The notes under the pieces: generated by a model
The model's input: only the letters and a program-made list of their open reading frames with translations
Told to the model about the DNA's origin: nothing
Databases searched by the model: none
Translations under genes and position numbers: made by a program
From: a virus
Direction: 5' to 3' (one strand)
Length of the DNA stretch: 37,108 nt
IMG/VR virus record: IMGVR_UViG_3300025890_000007
Coordinates: 1-37,108 of that record
Part shown: piece by piece, positions 1 to 8,160 of the stretch
Position numbering within the stretch: the first letter of the stretch is position 1
Layout: each line of letters starts with the position of its first letter

Positions 1-99
1 TGTTGCTACTGAACTATTGTCCGGAAATATGAATCCGGTACACGTGCAACATCTGCTACGACATGAACGTTTATCGACTACAGAACTCTATCTGAATAC
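1..99. repeat. Terminal overlap copy 1 (identical to 37010-37108)
   Basis: Base-by-base comparison of the two window ends gives 99/99 identity. Position 100 (g) is the first base after the repeat. Confidence 0.95.
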
Positions 100-277
100 G
101 ACTCATTTGCCGCTACAAGAATTGGTGAATTCGTTAGGAATTTACAGAGAGGATACAGACGATGTTACAAAAACGATGAAGTGGCCAGAGCGGGAATCGA
201 ACCTGCGACACACGGATTTTCAGTCGTTAGAGGAAAAGATAGATAAACTGTTACAGATAGTACAGAAAGATCAGTAA
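2..277 (+). CDS. int: Integrase 3' end (bases 2-99 duplicate 37011-37108)
   Basis: Same frame as 36333. It carries HLLRHERLSTTELYL (conserved His plus catalytic Tyr), then a ~60-aa tail ending at TAA 275-277. The track ORF 17-277 is an edge artefact using an internal TTG. Confidence 0.9.
   Translation, partial: VATELLSGNMNPVHVQHLLRHERLSTTELYLNTTHLPLQELVNSLGIYREDTDDVTKTMKWPERESNLRHTDFQSLEEKIDKLLQIVQKDQ
182..225 (-). other. attP core candidate: 3' half of a tRNA-Phe(GAA), from anticodon loop to discriminator base
   Basis: The reverse complement reads GA-CTGAAAA-TCCGT-GTGTC-GCAGG-TTCGATT-CCCGC-TCTGGCC-A. That is an anticodon loop with GAA, the 3' anticodon stem, a GTGTC variable loop as in E. 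coli tRNA-Phe, a T arm with the TTCGATT loop, the acceptor 3' strand and A73. The upstream bases (AACGA) do not pair with TCCGT, so this is a fragment and not a gene. The T stem has one A:C mismatch. Confidence 0.8.
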
Positions 278-654
278 GACCAGATCCAGGGACGGGGAGA
301 TTTCGCAGTATTGGTTAAATCGTCACAGTGAAGAAATCTAGTTGACCTGGGTCCAGCCATCTTAAATCCAAGTCCAGTCATCCCGTACTTGAGACAAAGT
401 TTCATAAGATCATAGGCTTCCTGACCGTATATCAGAATGTCTACGGCTCTTCCTGTGGTATGTGGTCCAGTGGGTCCAGTGGATGAAATCTCATCGTTAT
501 AACGTGGACATCTGTATGCAGAACTAATGACCATCGGTTGTTGATATTCATCTCGGATCAACTGTAGTTTTTCTAAGAAAGCCACGTTCATCTGGTTCCC
601 ACCACAGCAATTACAACTAAGTTCTCTATGTTTGAAGTTCCGAGTTTCGATCAT
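271..654 (-). CDS. Endolysin, peptidase M15A (Peptidase_M15_3-like zinc D,D- or L,D-peptidase)
   Basis: SSAYRCPRYN...GPHTTGRAVDI and FLHCDD match the SxYR...H-x-x-G-x-A-x-D...H-x-D metal-site pattern of this family. It is the last gene of the late operon and converges on the int stop with a 7-nt overlap. Confidence 0.8.
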   Translation of the reverse strand: MIETRNFKHRELSCNCCGGNQMNVAFLEKLQLIRDEYQQPMVISSAYRCPRYNDEISSTGPTGPHTTGRAVDILIYGQEAYDLMKLCLKYGMTGLGFKMAGPRSTRFLHCDDLTNTAKSPRPWIWSY

Positions 655-770
655 TTCTTCATCCGTTTGAACATTTTGACTCCGAAGACGAGTCCTGCTG
701 GAGCACCGAGGGCAACCAGACCCATTTCTAGAAATCCGGTATCCAGTGCTAGATTAAATAATTCTTCCAT
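651..770 (-). CDS. 39-aa single-TM protein (holin/antiholin-like), not in the ORF track
   Basis: Hand translation gives MEELFNLALDTGFLEMGLVALGAPAGLVFGVKMFKRMKK. It has a hydrophobic core and a basic C-terminus. Its stop overlaps the endolysin start (ATGA), and it starts 1 nt after the upstream stop. Confidence 0.55.
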   Translation of the reverse strand: MEELFNLALDTGFLEMGLVALGAPAGLVFGVKMFKRMKK

Positions 771-1076
771 TTATAACTCCTGAGTAATTCCACCACAGAC
801 TTGGGCAAAATATAGAGATCGTTCTTCTCGTTCTGCATCATTGAGAGCAAGCAACTGGTCATGAGTGTAGTTCTCTCGGAACTTATCGATGACACAAGAA
901 CATCCCTGTGATGCGAGAGAAAACGCAAATTTCCACGGCATTCCCTGTCTCTCGTAACTCGGAATCATTCTGCTCGTACAGTTTCCTGTCCAGATAAACA
1001 GATAGTGAGTTTTGTATTGCAACTCGGTAGCAGAGATCGTAGTAGCCAGAAGCAACAGGGGGAGCAGGAGTTTCAC
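771..1076 (-). CDS. Secreted protein of the lysis cassette (signal peptide, Cys-containing, no lipobox)
   Basis: The N-terminus KLLLPLLLLATTISA-TE looks like a type I signal peptide. It uses a GTG start in a GTGA overlap with the upstream gene. Confidence 0.6.
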   Translation of the reverse strand: MKLLLPLLLLATTISATELQYKTHYLFIWTGNCTSRMIPSYERQGMPWKFAFSLASQGCSCVIDKFRENYTHDQLLALNDAEREERSLYFAQVCGGITQEL

Positions 1077-1354
1077 CTTCTTTCTCCGTGTTCTATCGTA
1101 TGTTTCAGTTCCGAAATCGCTACCGTCATCTCTTTTAGTGTTGTGTTTACTCCGGTCATGATCTGGATCAACTGATTGTGCGAACTGGACATTAAATTTC
1201 GCAAAGCCTCATCGTTTACACTATCCTTGTCGTAAAGAATTTTTCGTTCTTCCCGATGTTGATCGGAGATGTAGCGGACGTACCAACCAGCACCAATTAA
1301 AGCGATGAATAGACCACCCAGGTTCGATAACTCTTTAATCAATTCTATATCCAT
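1073..1354 (-). CDS. N-terminally membrane-anchored coiled-coil protein (holin or i-spanin-like)
   Basis: It has a TM segment (LGGLFIALIGAGWYV) followed by a charged helical region. It is the first gene of the lysis cassette. Confidence 0.55.
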   Translation of the reverse strand: MDIELIKELSNLGGLFIALIGAGWYVRYISDQHREERKILYDKDSVNDEALRNLMSSSHNQLIQIMTGVNTTLKEMTVAISELKHTIEHGERR

Positions 1355-1410
1355 CGTTTTACTCGTTTTGTTTCTGCTGGCATTGCTCGGCCTAGTTCGG
1401 GTTAGCGGAA

Positions 1411-1440
1411 AATATAGAAACAGATAAAATTCCGTAGTAA
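1411..1440 (-). promoter_or_regulatory. Candidate sigma70-type promoter for the lysis cassette
   Basis: On the - strand: TTACTA (1440-1435), an 18-nt spacer, then TATATT (1416-1411). It lies in the only sizeable gap (1355-1447) at this end of the late operon. Confidence 0.3.
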
Positions 1441-1447
1441 CTTTAAT

Positions 1448-2257
1448 TTATCTAAAAATTGCCATACTAAAACTTCTAGAAAAACTCCCGAAATTGCCAC
1501 CTTCATACATAGTTTTAATTAACACACTGCCGGAATTTGCTGTGTGTAAATAGTGTGTATATCGGCCAGCTTGTTCATCACCAAGACTTAGACATACACT
1601 ATAATTGGTGTCTGGCATAGCATTGGAAAAGTTTACAGTATATGCTCCACCAGATGCACTCACACTGCTAACGTTATGAGAACCAATTATTGTCCCATTT
1701 GCTTGAATCCTAGCCCAAGCCCTACACAACCCTCCTGCTACCAGACCCGGACTGAGTGCTTTGTTGGCAGTGTAGAATGATACTGGGTCACTGCTCAGTG
1801 TTGCGCCTACCGTCCCTGAGAGAGTCACTGATGTCCCTGAGATCGCAGAAACTGTAGTGCCTGGTGCGATTCCCTCACCGACCACATAATCACCTACGTT
1901 AATGCCTGTTCCAGAGGACACCGTCAGGGCGTTAGTGCCTGTCGTAATGCTACCAGTTGTATTGGTCCCAGTGACCTCGCTAGTGCTGGCAAATCCTGCT
2001 CCAATATCCGCTAAAGTGTTCCGCATTTCTACGGCAAGTAAATCTCCTGCTGCTGCCCCTGTGGTCAGAACCACATCGTATCCGTTGGATGCAGTAAAAT
2101 CGGTCCCTGCACTAAGACGGACCCCATTCAAATAAACAGAAATAAAATTCCCGATGACGTACCCACTGGTGTTGAAGGTGGTCTGTGATGCAGTAGCAGT
2201 AAATTCCTGTCGAGTCTCCGATGCTGCTGGAGTGGGGACATTACCAATGTAGGACAT
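1448..2257 (-). CDS. Second tail fiber / receptor-binding protein
   Basis: The N-terminal ~80 aa (ETRQEFTATASQTTFNTSGYVIGNFISVYLNGVRLSAGTDFTA...) follow the same pattern as the N-terminus of the 709-aa fiber. The middle is Gly/Thr/Ser-rich. The C-terminal domain (CRAWARIQANG...YTVNFSNAMPDTNYSV...MAIFR) is shared with ORF 2700-3086. Confidence 0.7.
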   Translation of the reverse strand: MSYIGNVPTPAASETRQEFTATASQTTFNTSGYVIGNFISVYLNGVRLSAGTDFTASNGYDVVLTTGAAAGDLLAVEMRNTLADIGAGFASTSEVTGTNTTGSITTGTNALTVSSGTGINVGDYVVGEGIAPGTTVSAISGTSVTLSGTVGATLSSDPVSFYTANKALSPGLVAGGLCRAWARIQANGTIIGSHNVSSVSASGGAYTVNFSNAMPDTNYSVCLSLGDEQAGRYTHYLHTANSGSVLIKTMYEGGNFGSFSRSFSMAIFR

Positions 2258-2478
2258 TAGATACTCACGGCTTTGAGTTCTTCAACTGTGGTACAAGGAT
2301 CTACTAGGTTGGTGATATTCCGTAGGCGCACCTTTTCCGCAACAATCGCAGTGGTGTCTGCACCGGATTCCAAGGCTCTTTGAAAAGCGACATCTTGAGC
2401 TTCTAGTAACGGTTTGCGCTCTTGTCGGAGAGATTCTTTTTTGATCTCTTTTGCTCTTGTAAGATTGATCGTAATCAC
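2257..2478 (-). CDS. Hypothetical protein, possibly tail-fiber-assembly/chaperone-like
   Basis: GTG start in a GTGA overlap with the upstream ORF. Helical 73 aa between fiber genes. The family call rests on memory of similar phage proteins only. Confidence 0.45.
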   Translation of the reverse strand: MITINLTRAKEIKKESLRQERKPLLEAQDVAFQRALESGADTTAIVAEKVRLRNITNLVDPCTTVEELKAVSI

Positions 2479-2684
2479 GCACCTACTCCATCGTAACTGT
2501 TGGTGAAATCATAGTCCCACGCCCCCCTAAATTCTCGGTCTGGGAGTTCTGAACTGTCGATAATTTTGAACTTGACGCCTGTCGGGATATCTTTAGCACA
2601 GACCTGTTCCAGAGTTAGCCCACAGTTTGGAGCAGGTACTAAAACAGAGATCGTTTCGTCATTGGGGAAAATTGCTAGTTTCAT
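2475..2684 (-). CDS. Hypothetical protein in the fiber module
   Basis: The 69-aa ORF MKLAIFPNDETISVLVP...IPTGVKFKIIDSSELPDREFRGAW is translationally coupled to the downstream gene. Confidence 0.5.
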   Translation of the reverse strand: MKLAIFPNDETISVLVPAPNCGLTLEQVCAKDIPTGVKFKIIDSSELPDREFRGAWDYDFTNSYDGVGA

Positions 2685-2699
2685 TTAAATCCTTTGTAG

Positions 2700-3086
2700 T
2701 TAGCGGAAGATAGCGATTGCTACAACTGCCTGATCCTCCAAACCGTATCCGGAGGGGAATGAATATCCAGTATTAATCTGAACGGCAGATGTTGTAGTGG
2801 AATTTGAAACAATGCTAGCCTGCCTAATCATCGCAGATGCTGCTCCAGATGTCGTATAAGTGGGTGCATTTACTACTGCAAAATTAGCATCCGGCATTGC
2901 TGTCGTAAAATTTACGGTATAAATGCCAGTTCCGTTGTCTTCCACTGTAGATACATTTCCACTATCCAGTATTGTACAAAAACCTGCAGTGTTGGTTGTC
3001 CCATCAAAATTAACCCATGCCCTACAAGCATAAACTGGGGCATCATCACCATTAGTGATATCCGCTATATTCCGTGCATTACTCAT
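2700..3086 (-). CDS. Stand-alone fiber-tip-like domain protein
   Basis: YACRAWVNFDG...IYTVNFTTAMPDANFAV...VAIAIFR aligns by eye with the C-terminal ~95 aa of ORF 1448-2257. Confidence 0.6.
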   Translation of the reverse strand: MSNARNIADITNGDDAPVYACRAWVNFDGTTNTAGFCTILDSGNVSTVEDNGTGIYTVNFTTAMPDANFAVVNAPTYTTSGAASAMIRQASIVSNSTTTSAVQINTGYSFPSGYGLEDQAVVAIAIFR

Positions 3087-3439
3087 TCGCTGATCTCCTC
3101 ATAAGAACAGATTCCTTCCAGATCGCTAGCTGCACTAGCCGTAAGTCGTAGTGAGTCGCCCTCTTCCAAGTAAATGCTTTTGTTGAGCACATCCAAGGTT
3201 GAATCGGCAAAGACTTGTACGGTTTTTACTAAATGATAAGCCGTAGATGATCTGTAGAGATCAACGGTGACTGACGCAGCAGCAGAGCCATCGACATTTG
3301 CGATGAGCAGTGTGTTGACCTTAAAAACCTTGCCCGATGCTGCCGAGTTGGTCACGATTGCCGTGGCACTCGTCCCGATTGCCTGGACTGCCGTTTTCCC
3401 TGTGATCGTACCGACTGAAACAATGTTAGGTGCTGCCAT
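3083..3439 (-). CDS. Small beta-rich virion-associated protein (unknown function)
   Basis: 118 aa, ATGA-type coupling, located between the fiber and the tip-domain gene. Confidence 0.5.
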   Translation of the reverse strand: MAAPNIVSVGTITGKTAVQAIGTSATAIVTNSAASGKVFKVNTLLIANVDGSAAASVTVDLYRSSTAYHLVKTVQVFADSTLDVLNKSIYLEEGDSLRLTASAASDLEGICSYEEISE

Positions 3440-3442
3440 AAA

Positions 3443-5572
3443 TTATCCGAATACGATTGCCATAGCGATTGCTTTGCCTGTTGTGATTCCACCACTTGAC
3501 TGATCCACGAAGCTCAGATTGCCAGCACCATCGGTTTTTAAGACTTGATCGGTTGTCCCATCAGCCGTAGGCCACGAAAGTCCGTCAAGAATGATCTTGC
3601 CTGTGGTATCTGGCGTTATGCTGATGTTCCCTGCTGAAACCGAAACGATGGACTGCCCATTGACATCCAGGTTCCCACCGAGTTGCGGAGTAGTATCACT
3701 GACAATATCGGAGATCCCACCTGTTGCCGCTTCCCACGCAACCCCACCTGTGCCATCTGCAGTCAGAACATATCCGTCTGTAGCGTCAGACACCCCATTA
3801 TTCGATCCCAGATCTGCAGCATTGAGTGATGATAGTGCCGTAACTCCAGTTCCCCCGTTCGCTACGGGGAGGGTCCCAGAAACCGTGCTGAGATTGTTTG
3901 TCTCCGCAGTGAGGTATCCAGAATCATTGGTCCACTGAGAGATGTTTCCTGATTTGTTTGTCAGTGTGGCAGTAGAGGAGTCAGTCAAGTAGGTCTGGAG
4001 GTCACTGATCTGTGACTCTGTGATACTTAGTGCAGCTTGGTGCTGAGTGACAGAAGACTGAGTGATATTAGCATCTGGGACGTTTGCCCAAGTGACTGCG
4101 GCAGACAGATCATTCGCTTCAGCAGTCAAATAACTTTGCAGATCCGAAATCTGCGACTCGGTAATCGTGTCCTGGGTAGCGAGTGTCCCTAACCCTAAAT
4201 GTGTCCGTGTATTTGCAGCATTAAGCGACAGGCTAAAAGTGTTACTATCACCAGTTGAACCTGATGCAACTGTTTTTAGAATGGAAAACTCATCAGCGCC
4301 ACTTATTGTTACGGAAGTCAATGCCCCAACATTTCGATAGGCTGTCGTTAGCCCATCAGCAGTCCCGTTTATTACAATGGCCTGGTTCGCTCTTCCAGTA
4401 AACGAAATCCCAGAAAGATCATTGAGGTTACTATTTTGTGCTTGGACATTCGTACCAATGGTCAAACCCAGAGACGCTCTAGCCGTAGCACCGGATTCAG
4501 CCACCCAGGTAGTGCCGTTGCCAACAATGATATTTCCGTCTGTGACTGCGAGAGCACTGATATCGTCTAACTGCTGGTCCCAAGCTTGTACGTCAGACCC
4601 AATTGAAACCCCAAGTGCAGTCCGTGCTCCCGAAGCAGTCGTAGAGCCTGTGCCACCGAGGGAAACCGGAACCACTCCAGCCGTAATCACTTGATTGGAA
4701 ATCGTTAAATAATTTCCGGTAACAGTCGCTAACGAAGTGGTAACAGGTTCAAAAGCAGATCCTGTGTAGTACTTTAATATCGAATTGGTCTCATCGTACC
4801 AGAGGTCTCCAGCATCAGCAGAACCACCGTATGGGTCGGTAGCCGAAGATTTGTACTGCCCCTGGAAAGAAGCCAGTGCTGTTTCTGCTCCCGTCTTTGC
4901 AGTCTCTGCAGCTTCCTTTAGAGTTCTGACCGTCTCTACATCAACGAGCAGTTCAAAGTAGTCAGTATCAGTCAGATCGGCTGGAGCAGGAGCATCTTGA
5001 AGAGTAAAGTAAACATTATCCGTAGCAGGATCTCGGACCAAGTCTCGGACTACATAAGAGACAGAAACTGAATAATTTCCCCGAAATGCCCCGATCTCTT
5101 GCGTGGTGACAAATGCTCCCGTGGAATCAAAAGCCAGTAGCTTTCCGGCAAGATCTCCGGTTCCTGATGCTAACTTCAGTGAGGTTGTTTCTGACTCATT
5201 GACTGTTTCATCGAATCCGACTGACTTGTCCGCAAGGTTCTTTACCTGCTGGCACATCATGGTCAACTTGTCGAATGCCGCTTCTAAAGTTTCAGCATCA
5301 AGAATGTCGTTATTTGCGTAGTCAACTGTCTGGAGAAAGTCGGTCTCTCGGATAAAGGAAACACCCACTTCGGTCCCTGGTGCAGTCACAAAAGTAACGG
5401 TTCCTGTGCTGTCCGGATCTGTCAGAGTGTAGTGCGTGGTGATCGTCTGAAGAGTTCCATCTAGATAGACCTTGACCTGAGACTTCTCGGTGTACGAAAA
5501 ATTGACAGTAAATTGAGTTGTGGAATTATTCCCTGTGTACTGGACTTGATTCCGGAGTACTGAGACCGTCAT
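3443..5572 (-). CDS. Tail fiber with a T7 gp17-like N-terminal adaptor domain
   Basis: The N-terminus (QYTGNNSTTQFTVNFSYTEKSQVKVYLDGT...FIRETDFLQTVDYANNDILDAETLEAAFDKL) follows the T7 gp17 N-domain pattern. It has GGTG motifs (PVSLGGTGST, PVANGGTGVT) and an internal ITESQISDLQxYLT repeat. Confidence 0.8.
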   Translation of the reverse strand: MTVSVLRNQVQYTGNNSTTQFTVNFSYTEKSQVKVYLDGTLQTITTHYTLTDPDSTGTVTFVTAPGTEVGVSFIRETDFLQTVDYANNDILDAETLEAAFDKLTMMCQQVKNLADKSVGFDETVNESETTSLKLASGTGDLAGKLLAFDSTGAFVTTQEIGAFRGNYSVSVSYVVRDLVRDPATDNVYFTLQDAPAPADLTDTDYFELLVDVETVRTLKEAAETAKTGAETALASFQGQYKSSATDPYGGSADAGDLWYDETNSILKYYTGSAFEPVTTSLATVTGNYLTISNQVITAGVVPVSLGGTGSTTASGARTALGVSIGSDVQAWDQQLDDISALAVTDGNIIVGNGTTWVAESGATARASLGLTIGTNVQAQNSNLNDLSGISFTGRANQAIVINGTADGLTTAYRNVGALTSVTISGADEFSILKTVASGSTGDSNTFSLSLNAANTRTHLGLGTLATQDTITESQISDLQSYLTAEANDLSAAVTWANVPDANITQSSVTQHQAALSITESQISDLQTYLTDSSTATLTNKSGNISQWTNDSGYLTAETNNLSTVSGTLPVANGGTGVTALSSLNAADLGSNNGVSDATDGYVLTADGTGGVAWEAATGGISDIVSDTTPQLGGNLDVNGQSIVSVSAGNISITPDTTGKIILDGLSWPTADGTTDQVLKTDGAGNLSFVDQSSGGITTGKAIAMAIVFG

Positions 5573-8160
5573 AGTGATCCTCCATACGGAACGATTTCAG
5601 CAGGAGACAGTCCAGGCAAGAAGTTCTGATTGTTCTCTCTAGTAAAACGATTCTGCATTCTGGTAAGACTTCCTGGATTCAACATTTCACGGACTTGGTA
5701 ATCAATCATGTAGTCAAAGGCTGTTCTGGAAGCCCAGAAGTTGACATAAGGAGTATTGTTACGGATGACCTTCCAAAGACTTTCTCCAATCTCTCCGATT
5801 TCTTCATCTCCTCTCAGTACTGCGGCTGTTGCTCCACCGACTGCAAATACATCTTGTGCTGTTCCAATTGTAGGTCCACCGAGTAAATCGGCAAGACCAT
5901 AACCGTACTTGCGAACATCGTTAATCAAGAAGTCTCCAGCTAGTCCTCCGAACCCACTTTGCAACACACCGGAGACTGCAATTTTATAGATGTTATCAGG
6001 GTCTCTTGGATCAAGTGGTTCTCGGCCTTTCATGACATCCTTAGCGGACTTTACGGCATAGCCGATGCCAACCATCGGAAGTAAATGAAACATCGCAGGA
6101 GCACCCATCTGGGCTACTCTAGGGAAGTTCCTCATCATCATCGACAACGGAAACCCTCTGAACTGCCAGAAGAGTCTTGCGGCCATACCGGATGCAGTCC
6201 CTGCTTTTCCTGCTCCCTCTCCACCGAAGGGGACTCTTCGCATAAAGGCTTGTTCCCGTGCTCCAGGCTCAATAACAGCCATCGTGTTTTCCCCAACGAG
6301 GAACATCTGGACCTTGTCTGCCAGTTCTCTCGCTTTTGCTACGCTATCCGGTGGGACTGCTCCGTTGTCAATGGCTTGTCGGACTCCATGGGGAGAAATG
6401 ATTTCAATTCCAGAAACCTTGGTCCTCGGTAACTTCTTGATGGCTTCCCAATCTGCTTCTGTAATTCCGTACTGAGAGAGGACGTAACGATAACGTTCAT
6501 TCAACCGATTCCATGGCTTCTTTGCCGCATTGACCATGTCTCTAGCCATCATGTAAGCCGCACCTTGGCGCATGAAGTTTGTCCAGCCATTCAACAGGTT
6601 CCAACGGAAGAAGTTATCGGTTGCTCCGGAAAGATACTGAGTGGCTGAACGTGCTGGAGCAAATCGTGATGCTGCAGAACCAACTGCTCCCTCTAGTCCA
6701 AGACCGAGTAGAGTTCCGAACTCCTTGATCTCTTTGTTCCCAAGAGTTTGTAATGCAGTACGGTAGGTATCGTAATAAGCACTGAAGATGTTCACCCCGT
6801 GGTAACTGCGAGTAAATGCCGTGTAGATCGGATCGCTAAAAGCACTGAATACGGCACTACCAAGTTTGGACATTGTCTGCAGAGAAGCAATTCCGGTTTC
6901 CCATTGATGGATCGTTGGATTGGCAATCTCAAAGGCTTTTCCGGAAACCATGTCAAAGTGACTCTGGATTACGTTTTTCTCTCCTGCGGTTAATTCCGTG
7001 TTCGCCAGCAGTCTCTTGAAAGCAGCATCCGGATTCGGTCCCATTCGGTTGATCAGTTCCAGATCATCAGAAATCCTTTCTAGTCCCGTCAGCACAGCAG
7101 TCACAGGGTTCCGATGACCATACTCGTTGTTGTACGCCAACCATGAATCTGCACCTCTGAAGTGCAACTGTCTGCTCTGAGAGACCTTGGAAGCCAAAGA
7201 CATCTGACCTACGTTTGCCTCAGTGGGAACCAGTTCATGAACCTTGCGATCTCCAGAGATGATATTGTTGTAGACTTCTCGTAGAAACTTCATCCTCTGA
7301 TCTGGATCAACAACTGTCTCGCCTGATGGCTTGACGAAGGTCCGGTCCATGTCCAGTAACCCCTGTCTTTCGTTATTCGGGTCATAGAGACGTTTCGCCC
7401 AACGCTGAAAAGCTTCCTCTTCCGAGAGTCCTTTTCTCAACAGTCCGGTTGCCTCAAAGCCACCTGAGCGAATTGCTACTGAATCGTGATACTGTGTGGT
7501 CACATGATCGGCTAGCCAACCGATATTCACCCCGTTTGCTCTCAGTCTCGCAATCACATCTCGCTTTTCCGAAATAATGGCCTGAGCCATCTTCTGAGCC
7601 TGGATGTTGTTGGTCCCCTGTTTTCCATTCGGCACATCAAAGAGTTCAATCACCAGATCCCGATGGAAATTCACATCATCGAAAAGACCCTGACCAAAAG
7701 GAAAATACTTTCCCATGACCGATGGCTTTGCCAGAGCAAATGCTCCTCGGACTCCCAAGGCATTGATAACTCGACCTAAACGTTCTCTCCGTTTGGACTG
7801 CTGTTGCCCTGAGATCGAATCCAACTCCATGATCCCATCAGACTGTCTGCGATAACTTTGTCTACCGACTAAATACTTTTCCAGTTCTGCTGCGGCCTTC
7901 GGGTTATTGACAATCCGCTGATCCAGCTTTGAATTGATAATGGCCTGGGACTTCCGTGCTCGTTTTGCGAAAGCTAGTGCCTGTTTCATCTGGTTGGACA
8001 TCTCTCCTGCTGCCCGTTTGAACTTGACCTCGTAGTCTGGATCTCCCTGCAGCAGTGCCTTCTCTTTCTTCAGACGGTCCACTAACTCCTTGGCAACATC
8101 TTCGGAAACTCCGAACTTCTCGTTGACTGCTATATTTAAACAGGGATCTTTTTTAGCCAT
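5569..8160 (-). CDS. Large internal virion / ejection protein candidate (gp16 position)
   Basis: 863 aa, located between the other internal-protein candidates and the fiber as in T7-like phages. No catalytic motif was recognised. Confidence 0.5.
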   Translation of the reverse strand: MAKKDPCLNIAVNEKFGVSEDVAKELVDRLKKEKALLQGDPDYEVKFKRAAGEMSNQMKQALAFAKRARKSQAIINSKLDQRIVNNPKAAAELEKYLVGRQSYRRQSDGIMELDSISGQQQSKRRERLGRVINALGVRGAFALAKPSVMGKYFPFGQGLFDDVNFHRDLVIELFDVPNGKQGTNNIQAQKMAQAIISEKRDVIARLRANGVNIGWLADHVTTQYHDSVAIRSGGFEATGLLRKGLSEEEAFQRWAKRLYDPNNERQGLLDMDRTFVKPSGETVVDPDQRMKFLREVYNNIISGDRKVHELVPTEANVGQMSLASKVSQSRQLHFRGADSWLAYNNEYGHRNPVTAVLTGLERISDDLELINRMGPNPDAAFKRLLANTELTAGEKNVIQSHFDMVSGKAFEIANPTIHQWETGIASLQTMSKLGSAVFSAFSDPIYTAFTRSYHGVNIFSAYYDTYRTALQTLGNKEIKEFGTLLGLGLEGAVGSAASRFAPARSATQYLSGATDNFFRWNLLNGWTNFMRQGAAYMMARDMVNAAKKPWNRLNERYRYVLSQYGITEADWEAIKKLPRTKVSGIEIISPHGVRQAIDNGAVPPDSVAKARELADKVQMFLVGENTMAVIEPGAREQAFMRRVPFGGEGAGKAGTASGMAARLFWQFRGFPLSMMMRNFPRVAQMGAPAMFHLLPMVGIGYAVKSAKDVMKGREPLDPRDPDNIYKIAVSGVLQSGFGGLAGDFLINDVRKYGYGLADLLGGPTIGTAQDVFAVGGATAAVLRGDEEIGEIGESLWKVIRNNTPYVNFWASRTAFDYMIDYQVREMLNPGSLTRMQNRFTRENNQNFLPGLSPAEIVPYGGSL

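Noticed and set aside
182-260. A complete tRNA-Phe gene on the - strand.
   Set aside because: Only the 3' half is tRNA-like. The bases where the 5' anticodon stem, D arm and 5' acceptor strand should be do not pair with the 3' half, so this is an att fragment.
1902-2135. A + strand ORF antisense to the 269-aa fiber gene. Similar antisense or alternative-frame track ORFs occur at 3267-3503, 3591-3938, 4377-4694, 5103-5321, 6085-6432, 10075-12140, 13215-13533, 14595-15979, 19150-20849 and 22325-23879.
   Set aside because: All lie inside long, well-supported - strand structural genes. They lack SD sequences, have Pro/Ser/Arg/Cys-rich low-quality translations, and are explained by the scarcity of stop codons opposite the coding strand.
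1-3000. GATC over-representation as a hint of Dam-type methylation or motif-specific modification.
   Set aside because: A count by eye found about 16 GATC in the first 3 kb. This is only modestly above a rough base-composition expectation and needs a proper genome-wide count before any claim.
1448-3086. A diversity-generating retroelement (VR/TR pair) acting on the duplicated fiber-tip domain.
   Set aside because: No reverse transcriptase ORF exists anywhere in the genome. The two tip-domain copies are diverged throughout at the nucleotide level rather than differing mainly at adenines.
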